A program made the translations under genes and the position numbers. Under the pieces are notes generated by a model. The model searched no databases and had not been told where the DNA came from. It saw only the letters and a list, made by a program, of their open reading frames with translations. Shown piece by piece: positions 32,471 to 38,112 of a stretch of 38,112 nucleotides of DNA. Position 1 is the stretch's first letter; every line of letters starts with the position of its first letter. Origin of the DNA: a virus; the IMG/VR virus record IMGVR_UViG_3300017440_000005, positions 1-38,112 of that record, one strand, 5' to 3'.

Positions 32471-33831
32471 GCGCGCACCGCCTGGAAACGAGTATAAAAG
32501 TGGCCGAAAGCGGTGCCGGTGCGGCCGTTGCGGCGCTTGGCGCACACAAACTCAAGCTGGTTCTCGACAGCGGCAATCGCCTGCTCCCAATCCAGCCGCT
32601 CAGGGCTGTCACGATCGGGCTCGGCTTGCCGTAAATAATATTCCTGTCGCACCAGGAACACGACGGCATCGGCGTCCTGCTCAATCTGCCCGCTGTCGCG
32701 AAGGTCAGAAAGCTGCGGCCGCTTGTCGGTGCGCTTCTCTACCTCACGGCTGAGCTGGGCGAGGGCAATGACTCCTACCCCAGCGTCCTTGGCGATTTGC
32801 TTGAGGCCGCGGCTGATCTCGCTGACCGTCTCGTAGGCGCTGCGCCCCTTACCGTCGATCGAGAGAAGCTGGAGGTAGTCGACCATCACCAGGTCAAGCT
32901 TCTGGCCCTTAGCGGCCATACGGCGGGCGTAGCGGCGCACGATCATCGCTAAGCGTCCGATCGTCAGCTTGCCGGTGTCCACGACGTTGAACGGCATATC
33001 CGCCAGCATCGCACCGGCCTGAGCTACGGCAGCGACCGTACGGCGGTCAGGCCGCTCACACAGGATGTCGTCAAGCGGGACACCGTTGTGCCCGTCAAAG
33101 GAGAGGTCAGCCGCCATACGGCCCGCCAATTCCTCGCCACCCATCTCAAGGCTCACGAACAGCACGCCGTGCCCCGCCTGGGCGGCCCCAAGGGCATAAG
33201 ACAACGCCGTCGCGGTTTTACCCATGCCCGGCCGCGCTGCGAGGATCACAAGCTGCTTCGGGCGCACCGGCCCAAGCAGATCATCCATTGGCGCGACGAT
33301 ATGCGACTTGACACCTTGGGTGGGCTGCTCGAAGCTTTTAAGCAGGCGATTGACGCAATCGGCCCCGGTGATCTCCGTAGCGCTCGCACGGCCCTCTAAC
33401 GCCGCGACAATGGCATGATCGGCAACGTCCGCGACGCTCTCTAGCGAAGTCTCAGCATCACCGGCCGCGGCGATGCTCTCGCTCAGACCTTCCACCAACC
33501 GACGCCGACGCGCAGTACGGGCGATCAGCCGTGCGCTTTCCAGCGCCGGGGTCGCGGCAGATGCCAGCGTGACTAGCTCTGCCAGAAACGCGTCACCGCC
33601 AATCTCACCGTAATTAGCATGGCCCACCAGCAGCGGGCGCAACGTCACCGGATTGGCGGCGCGCCCCTGCGAGTATTCAGACAACATGCACCCGAACACG
33701 TGCCCGAAAAACGGCTCATAGAAGTCCTCGGACTCAACGATGTCGGCAACTGCGTCGATGCGCTTGTTATCCATCGCCAGCGCGCCGAGCAGCAAGTACT
33801 CGGCGTCAACGGAGCGCGCCGGGCCGCTCAT
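32467..33831 (-). CDS. dnaB: replicative DNA helicase (DnaB family)
   Basis: 454 aa; N-terminal AEYLLLGALAMDNKRID...DFYEPFFGHVF; Walker A ARPGMGKTA; SLEM; Walker B VMVDYLQLL. Confidence 0.9.
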   Translation of the reverse strand: MSGPARSVDAEYLLLGALAMDNKRIDAVADIVESEDFYEPFFGHVFGCMLSEYSQGRAANPVTLRPLLVGHANYGEIGGDAFLAELVTLASAATPALESARLIARTARRRRLVEGLSESIAAAGDAETSLESVADVADHAIVAALEGRASATEITGADCVNRLLKSFEQPTQGVKSHIVAPMDDLLGPVRPKQLVILAARPGMGKTATALSYALGAAQAGHGVLFVSLEMGGEELAGRMAADLSFDGHNGVPLDDILCERPDRRTVAAVAQAGAMLADMPFNVVDTGKLTIGRLAMIVRRYARRMAAKGQKLDLVMVDYLQLLSIDGKGRSAYETVSEISRGLKQIAKDAGVGVIALAQLSREVEKRTDKRPQLSDLRDSGQIEQDADAVVFLVRQEYYLRQAEPDRDSPERLDWEQAIAAVENQLEFVCAKRRNGRTGTAFGHFYTRFQAVRA

Positions 33832-34247
33832 TCCATGCCGTCCGACAGCCGGGCCATAATCGGCTTGATGATCTCGCCAATTGGACGAGCCTCACCCGCA
33901 TACGACCCTTCGATAGTCACCAGCACGCCGGTGATTGACTGATCGCGCTCGATAACAATGCGTTCGATGTAGCGATCGTCCGCCATGTCGAGCTTAGCGA
34001 CCAACAGGTCGGTCAGCGGCTTTTCACGGTTCGCAATGTCAGACTGGTAGTTAAGCCCCAGTCGAATATTCAGCGCGATTGGGCGATGTACGGCCGGTGC
34101 GCCATAGGCGGCATACTGCGCCATCAGCTTCTCGCCCGCCTCGGCTTTCCAAGCCGTATAAGCCTTGCTTGCGAACCGCCGCTTGGTGCGGAAATCCGTC
34201 GCGAAACACGCGTTGACGCTTGGAGGCATGGGAAGATCGAACGTCAT
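33828..34247 (-). CDS. rusA: RusA-family Holliday junction resolvase
   Basis: LPMPPSVN, DIANREKPLTDLL and ADDRYI parallel RusA LPWPPSNN, DLDNLQKAAFDAL and LDDAQV. Confidence 0.75.
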   Translation of the reverse strand: MTFDLPMPPSVNACFATDFRTKRRFASKAYTAWKAEAGEKLMAQYAAYGAPAVHRPIALNIRLGLNYQSDIANREKPLTDLLVAKLDMADDRYIERIVIERDQSITGVLVTIEGSYAGEARPIGEIIKPIMARLSDGME

Positions 34248-34594
34248 GCCGCCATCTTCTCAAGTTGAGCGCGGCTGAAATTCAGCATCTTGTACGCCGT
34301 TTCAGGCGTTGTGCCGTGCTTCCGGGCTGTGCGTTCGTAGAGGCGTTGAATACGGTCGTGCAGTCGCTCGCTACCCTCACGTGCGCCCATAGTTGGGTCT
34401 TCTGAGAAACGCTCGGCAATGCGCCGCCCGCGTTGATCGACGCGGGGCGCTTCGCCCGAACGAAGCATTTCGCCGCGCATTTTGTCGCACAGCCGGCGCG
34501 AAACAGTGTAGCCTTGCGCCCGCAGCGTCTCGCATACTGTGGTAGCAGACGCTTTCCTGAGCATGGATCGCAGCAAATCCTCAGTCGGCGTCAT
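34244..34594 (-). CDS. hypothetical protein, possible HTH
   Basis: 116 aa; coupled by ATGA overlaps. Confidence 0.5.
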   Translation of the reverse strand: MTPTEDLLRSMLRKASATTVCETLRAQGYTVSRRLCDKMRGEMLRSGEAPRVDQRGRRIAERFSEDPTMGAREGSERLHDRIQRLYERTARKHGTTPETAYKMLNFSRAQLEKMAA

Positions 34595-34785
34595 GCCTCC
34601 CTCCCCTTGCGTGTCTGTGCAGCCCTGTTGCGGGCGTAGCGTTGACCAGCCGGGAGAGCGGCAGCGACAAGAGCCGCTAGCTTTTCCTTGGCTTCCAAGC
34701 GGCGCTGTTCGGCGTTCGGCTCGGGCGCGATCGTGGCGAGGTCTTCGCGGTAGATCATGCGGGCGATGTCGCGGCGCAGGTTCAT
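34591..34785 (-). CDS. hypothetical protein (64 aa)
   Basis: ATGA overlaps at both ends. Confidence 0.45.
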   Translation of the reverse strand: MNLRRDIARMIYREDLATIAPEPNAEQRRLEAKEKLAALVAAALPAGQRYARNRAAQTRKGREA

Positions 34786-35255
34786 GCTGCCACCCGCGGC
34801 GTGCGAAGCTCTGCGATCTTGGCGAGGCGGCGGTCGATCAGCGCCTGCATGGACCGAAGCTCATGCTCCATGTCGAGCAGTTCCTGGTGCGTCTCGATAC
34901 CGTCCAGCTCTGCGTCGATTGCCTTCTTGAGCAGCGCGCAAGTGGCAACCGAGAGCGGCGCTTCGTCGCTTGTGCACACAGCATCGCGAGGGACGATGCG
35001 CAGGCCGTACAGCGCCGCCACATCCGACAGTGCCGAGCCTTCAACCGCGTGCACGTCCCACAGCCGCTTAGCGTCCGTCGAGGCACCCGCCATGACATTG
35101 CTAAGCTGCTTAGTGGAGAGGTCCATCACATAGGCGAGAGCCTTGCCGGTGCCGAAAGCAGCCTGAGCGCGGGCGAGGCCGAGCGTCACGGACGTTTGGA
35201 AGTCCTGTTCCGACACCGTAGGCGCGACAGGAAGGACGTTGCTGCGCTGCATCAT
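34782..35255 (-). CDS. putative DNA-binding regulatory protein (CII position) with C-terminal coiled coil
   Basis: GKALAYVMDLSTKQLSNVMAG is HTH-like; C-terminal ELLDMEHELRSMQALIDRRLAKIAEL. Confidence 0.45.
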   Translation of the reverse strand: MMQRSNVLPVAPTVSEQDFQTSVTLGLARAQAAFGTGKALAYVMDLSTKQLSNVMAGASTDAKRLWDVHAVEGSALSDVAALYGLRIVPRDAVCTSDEAPLSVATCALLKKAIDAELDGIETHQELLDMEHELRSMQALIDRRLAKIAELRTPRVAA

Positions 35256-35455
35256 GCATTGCCTCCGTTGTGGACCGAATGAACCCCCTGCGAGAAACCG
35301 AAGCCTTCCAGGCCATTGCTGCGCGCATCATCGCGGAGCTTGCTTACGAGCTGCATTTTGCGGACCTGCTTGCGGAGGAAGCCGATACGGCACCAGCCGA
35401 TGGTCAGGACGGTAGCGATGGCGAGCCAAGCGCCGATGACGTACAATGCAGTCAT
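35252..35455 (-). CDS. small membrane protein (67 aa)
   Basis: N-terminal TM ALYVIGAWLAIATVLTIGW; SD AAGGAGAGG upstream. Confidence 0.5.
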   Translation of the reverse strand: MTALYVIGAWLAIATVLTIGWCRIGFLRKQVRKMQLVSKLRDDARSNGLEGFGFSQGVHSVHNGGNA

Positions 35456-35479
35456 GCTTCCTCTCCTTGTGATGATGGG

Positions 35480-36118
35480 TTAGGCGGCGAGCCGCGTCCG
35501 GTTGGCGGTGCGAGCGATGGTCAGCAGCAGGTCGCGGAACGGCAGCGGTGTGGCGTTGCGGATGCGGGTCTTGTCTTTACCGCCGACCATCGCGACGACG
35601 CCGATGCGCCTAGCTTTCTCGTACCCGTAGCGCTCGACCATCCAGGCGGGGATGCGCTGCTCACCACGCGACCAGTTCAGCTCGGGCAGATCGACGCCGT
35701 GCGCGTAGAGCCACGTCGGCTTGCGACTGGAGTGGCCGTAGTGCCCCTGCTCGACGTAGCAGGTCCAGCCACCGATCATGTCAGCACGCTGCCAGCCCTC
35801 ACCCCTGCCGGGACGGTTCAGATTGAAATGCGCCCAGGCGTGGCTGTCGGCTGGATGCTCCAGCACGCCGCCATGAAGCCGAACGCGCATCAGGGCGTTG
35901 GCAAAGCACCCATCATCGTCACCCAGCTTGAACTGATGTGGCTTACGGGTGCTGCCGTGCCAGAAGCGGCCCCATCGCTGACAAGGGGGATGTGCAACGA
36001 TCGGGTGTGGGCCGGCATACCGGCGCGCATCACGCTGCTGATCCCAGGGATCGACACCCGGCAGGCCGAAGTAGCAGCCGTCCGTCTCGACGTAGAGAGC
36101 CGCGACCATGCCGCTCAT
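35480..36118 (-). CDS. C5-cytosine-methyltransferase-like protein lacking a recognisable SAM motif I
   Basis: ATG 36118 (ATGA overlap). HPPCQRW (motif IV-like PCQ), VLEHPADS (ENV-like), YGHSSRKPTWLYAHG (motif VIII-like), ATPLPFRDLL. No FxGxG upstream. Confidence 0.35.
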   Translation of the reverse strand: MSGMVAALYVETDGCYFGLPGVDPWDQQRDARRYAGPHPIVAHPPCQRWGRFWHGSTRKPHQFKLGDDDGCFANALMRVRLHGGVLEHPADSHAWAHFNLNRPGRGEGWQRADMIGGWTCYVEQGHYGHSSRKPTWLYAHGVDLPELNWSRGEQRIPAWMVERYGYEKARRIGVVAMVGGKDKTRIRNATPLPFRDLLLTIARTANRTRLAA

Positions 36119-36387
36119 TCTCCCTGTCCTTCCGTAGAGGGGGTAGTGGGAGCGTCGGGGATGGCGCACCAATGAGTGGCGCGGTGTATGTTGCTGCCGA
36201 GCCAGCTTGTGATCGGCGTCTTTTCGCGGCGAAACAGGTTGGAGCCGGGTTCCGTCTCCGTGTACTTTTGGAAGAAGTACGGATCGTACCGGTTGATTTC
36301 GTACTCGCCGTCCTCGCTGTTGCAATTCGTCGTGAGGAAATAGCTTCCATCACGCGGCGCGCTGGCGATGTCCTGCCACCCGCTCAT
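36115..36387 (-). CDS. hypothetical protein (WQDIASAPRDG motif, DUF551-like)
   Basis: ATG 36387 in ATGA overlap; the motif is common in small phage proteins. Confidence 0.5.
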   Translation of the reverse strand: MSGWQDIASAPRDGSYFLTTNCNSEDGEYEINRYDPYFFQKYTETEPGSNLFRREKTPITSWLGSNIHRATHWCAIPDAPTTPSTEGQGE

Positions 36388-36752
36388 TGTGTCACCGTCT
36401 GTGACTTGCGGGTGGGCTTGCGAAACGCGATGATGCGAGCGTGACGCTCGAACCACAGCGGGCGGTCGTCCTCGGGGAGCAGTTCCTCACGGTAGGAACC
36501 GTCCTGAATGCGCTCGATCAGACGCAACAGCTTGGCGGATGGGTGAAACCACTCCTTGTGCCGATGCGTCTCTGCCAGCATCCGGTGAATGCGCGCTTCG
36601 GTGCGGGGTCCGCCGTCAATCGAGCAGATCAGATGCAGGTCCAGCGGCGACCACTTCATCAAGTCGTCCAGCCGACGACCAACGTCGCGGGTTATGCCGA
36701 TCTTAATCGGGCCATCGAAGCCGATGGGCTTGATGAAGTAGACGCGCTTCAT
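36384..36752 (-). CDS. GIY-YIG superfamily protein (T5orf172 / MUG113-like)
   Basis: VYFIKPIGFDGPIKIGITRDVGRRLDDL...EARIHRMLAETHRHKEWF fits the T5orf172 pattern; ATG 36752 in ATGA overlap. Confidence 0.7.
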   Translation of the reverse strand: MKRVYFIKPIGFDGPIKIGITRDVGRRLDDLMKWSPLDLHLICSIDGGPRTEARIHRMLAETHRHKEWFHPSAKLLRLIERIQDGSYREELLPEDDRPLWFERHARIIAFRKPTRKSQTVTQ

Positions 36753-36976
36753 GCTGCGCGGCCCCACGGCTCGATAGCTTCGAGCGTTGCGATCTGCTCA
36801 TCTGTCAGACCTTCCAGCGGGCGCGTGCGCCAGCCGGTGGTCCGAAAGATGTGGATCGCGAGCGAGCGTGACGGGACGCGCGCCCGGTCTGGCTTGTCGC
36901 TAAGAAGCTGGCTGGCATACGGCAGCGAGATGCCCGTTGCGGTAGCCAGCGCTGTAGGGTTCTCCGGCTTCATCAT
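36749..36976 (-). CDS. Cro-like / YdaS-like HTH protein
   Basis: LATATGISLPYASQLLS...SLAIHIFRTTGW; first gene of the minus operon. ATG 36976 lies only 8 nt from operator O1, so the leader is short or absent. Confidence 0.6.
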   Translation of the reverse strand: MMKPENPTALATATGISLPYASQLLSDKPDRARVPSRSLAIHIFRTTGWRTRPLEGLTDEQIATLEAIEPWGRAA

Positions 36977-36984
36977 GTCGCCTA

Positions 36985-37001
36985 GTTTGCATATCGCAAA
37001 C
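36985..37001. promoter_or_regulatory. operator O1, GTTTGC-ATATC-GCAAAC
   Basis: One of four copies of the same 17-bp palindrome; lies in the divergent cro-like/repressor region. Confidence 0.7.
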
Positions 37002-37018
37002 ACAAACACAAGCTCTTA

Positions 37019-37035
37019 GTTTGCGCTGCGCAAAC
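37019..37035. promoter_or_regulatory. operator O2, GTTTGC-GCTGC-GCAAAC
   Basis: Same half-sites; centre 34 bp from O1. Confidence 0.7.
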
Positions 37036-37068
37036 GACGCGACGGGTCCGCTCCGGTACAAGCGGCGC

Positions 37069-37398
37069 GTGGCACACTCGCGACCAAAACGCTTCACTAA
37101 CTGGTTCCTTCGCGAATGGCTGGAGGCGTTGAAGGTGCGCCAGGCCGATCTAGCCGAGAAAACGGAGCTTGGAAAAACGGCAGTTAGCTTGCTCATCAAC
37201 GAGCGGCAGGACTATACACCGGTGATAATTCAGACAGTTGCCGATTTCCTCAACATTCGCCCGTTTGAGCTACTGATGCACCCTGACGACGCGATGCGGC
37301 TGCGCTCTATCCGTGAGGATGCGCTGCGCGTGGTTGCCAGTACTGGGGCTATGGCACCCACCCCCGCGAACGATGATCGCACGGGTACGGACGGCTGA
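37069..37398 (+). CDS. XRE-family HTH repressor (CI-like, no peptidase domain)
   Basis: LKVRQADLAEKTELGKTAVSLLINERQDYT is HTH_XRE-like. The track start TTG 37021 lies inside O2, so GTG 37069 is preferred; the start remains uncertain. Confidence 0.65.
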   Translation: MAHSRPKRFTNWFLREWLEALKVRQADLAEKTELGKTAVSLLINERQDYTPVIIQTVADFLNIRPFELLMHPDDAMRLRSIREDALRVVASTGAMAPTPANDDRTGTDG

Positions 37399-37406
37399 GA
37401 AAAAGA

Positions 37407-37423
37407 GTTTGCTAACTGCAAAC
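37407..37423. promoter_or_regulatory. operator O3, GTTTGC-TAACT-GCAAAC
   Basis: Same half-sites, downstream of the repressor gene. Confidence 0.7.
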
Positions 37424-37441
37424 AAATAGGTTGACGGCAGT

Positions 37442-37458
37442 GTTTGCATAGTGCAAAC
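37442..37458. promoter_or_regulatory. operator O4, GTTTGC-ATAGT-GCAAAC, next to a TTGACG -35-like hexamer
   Basis: Centre 35 bp from O3; TTGACG at 37431-37436. It precedes the + strand early operon (SD AGGAG, ATG 37500). Confidence 0.7.
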
Positions 37459-37499
37459 CCATCTCCACAAGGCGGCATCAAGCCGTCAGGAGATGCCAG

Positions 37500-37727
37500 A
37501 TGGCCCGCACAGCTACCCACTCCGAGATTGTCGACGCTTTCACCAAGGGTGCGATCATCGCATACCCTGAGCTGAGCGCGCGTCGCGGCTTGGTGCTGGC
37601 CAAGTATCACCGCGGTTTCATCTGGCATCGCCACGAGAGCGAGCCGCGCTCGGTCACCAAGCGTGAGCCGGCTGACGTGTATCTGGCCGCTGGCCGGGTT
37701 CCCTACACCGCTCGCCTCCACGGCTGA
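37500..37727 (+). CDS. hypothetical first gene of the PL-like operon (75 aa)
   Basis: AGGAG 8 nt upstream of the ATG; lies downstream of O3/O4. Confidence 0.55.
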   Translation: MARTATHSEIVDAFTKGAIIAYPELSARRGLVLAKYHRGFIWHRHESEPRSVTKREPADVYLAAGRVPYTARLHG

Positions 37728-37782
37728 GCATCCAGCGCCTCGGTGATCCGGGGCGCACCTTCACCCATCACAGGAGCGAATA

Positions 37783-38091
37783 ATGGCTTCTCAGGAAAAC
37801 GATAACACTGGGCGCACACCTGGACCTTGGTCGGTTGCAGGCAAGGGCTATGGCTGGGATCACTTTGCAGCGATCGTCACGCCGACTGGTATCGTCGCCA
37901 CTTGCCACATTGCGGCACTTTCGCGCTCGCACGAGCAGACTGCGGCAGATGCCCGGTTAATTGCCGCTGCGCCTGACCTTGAAGATGCCCTCCATAACCT
38001 CGTCGCGCGTTTTGCCGACACCGGGCACCACAACAGCATCGAGATGGCAGCCGCTCGCAAGGCTCTCGCCAAAGCGCAGGTGCCGGCATGA
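37783..38091 (+). CDS. conserved phage protein, paralog B of 765..1091
   Basis: 102 aa; GPWSVAGKGYGWDHFAAIVTPTGIVATCHIAALSRSHEQTAADARLIAAAPDL nearly matches paralog A; SD AGGAGCG upstream. Confidence 0.7.
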   Translation: MASQENDNTGRTPGPWSVAGKGYGWDHFAAIVTPTGIVATCHIAALSRSHEQTAADARLIAAAPDLEDALHNLVARFADTGHHNSIEMAAARKALAKAQVPA

Positions 38092-38112
38092 GCGCTCCTC
38101 AGACCTTCCCAA
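38074..38112. repeat. terminal redundancy, copy 2 (identical to 1-39)
   Basis: See copy 1. Confidence 0.95.

Noticed and set aside
35270-36175. 301-aa + strand ORF; similar long antisense ORFs at 13622-14347, 34539-35282, 11017-11517 and 25463-25969
   Set aside because: These are shadow ORFs opposite well-supported minus-strand genes in high-GC DNA. They are Arg/Ala/Pro-rich, lack SD sequences or coupling, and have no recognisable motifs.
37021-37068. Track start (TTG 37021) of the repressor ORF
   Set aside because: The codon lies inside operator O2, and the first 16 residues are Arg-rich with no SD. An in-frame GTG at 37069 is more plausible, although this is not proven.
1-38112. Search for a reverse transcriptase (DGR or retron), toxin-antitoxin pairs, or multi-gene defence operons near int/att
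   Set aside because: No RT motifs (YxDD) were seen and no other recognisable defence-type domains were found in the translated ORFs. The attP-proximal cargo slot is occupied only by the TnpB element.

Overview
The first 39 bases are identical to the last 39, so the window looks like one complete, circularly closed genome of about 38.07 kb. It is a high-GC temperate phage with a P22-like (short-tailed) morphogenesis gene order. The layout resembles lambda.

- **Immunity region (about 36.7-37.5 kb):** an XRE-type repressor and a divergent Cro-like gene, flanked by four copies of a 17-bp operator, GTTTGC-N5-GCAAAC.
- **Plus-strand 'PL-like' operon:** it runs from 37500 across the junction to about 5044. 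Most genes are small and translationally coupled (ATGA/GTGA overlaps). It includes a Bet/RecT-like annealing protein, an HNH/DUF968-like protein and NinB. It ends with a tyrosine integrase (5175-6422) next to an attP core, which is the 3' part of a tRNA-Gly(CCC) (6432-6477, minus sense).
- **Minus-strand operon (36976 down to 8246):** Cro-like protein, GIY-YIG/T5orf172 protein, a C5-methyltransferase-like protein, RusA, DnaB helicase, and an O-like initiator with iterons plus an AT-rich putative ori inside the gene. These are followed by a standalone ClpX zinc-finger-domain protein, an Rv2179c-like 3'-5' exoribonuclease, TerS and TerL. The structural genes follow:
  - portal, scaffold and major capsid;
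  - a gp4-like adaptor, an SGNH esterase tail protein and a collagen-like fibre;
  - a gp10-like hub and gp7/20/16-position ejection proteins;
  - an opposite-strand moron, a beta-helix tailspike and a lysis cassette.

The most unusual feature is a solo TnpB (IS200/IS605-type RNA-guided nuclease) at 6651-7850, minus strand. Its RuvC D-E-D residues appear intact. It has a structured downstream region consistent with an omega RNA, a roughly 390-nt non-coding upstream region and no TnpA. It sits between the lysis operon and attP.

All assignments come from reading the translated ORFs and the sequence by eye. No database search was run.
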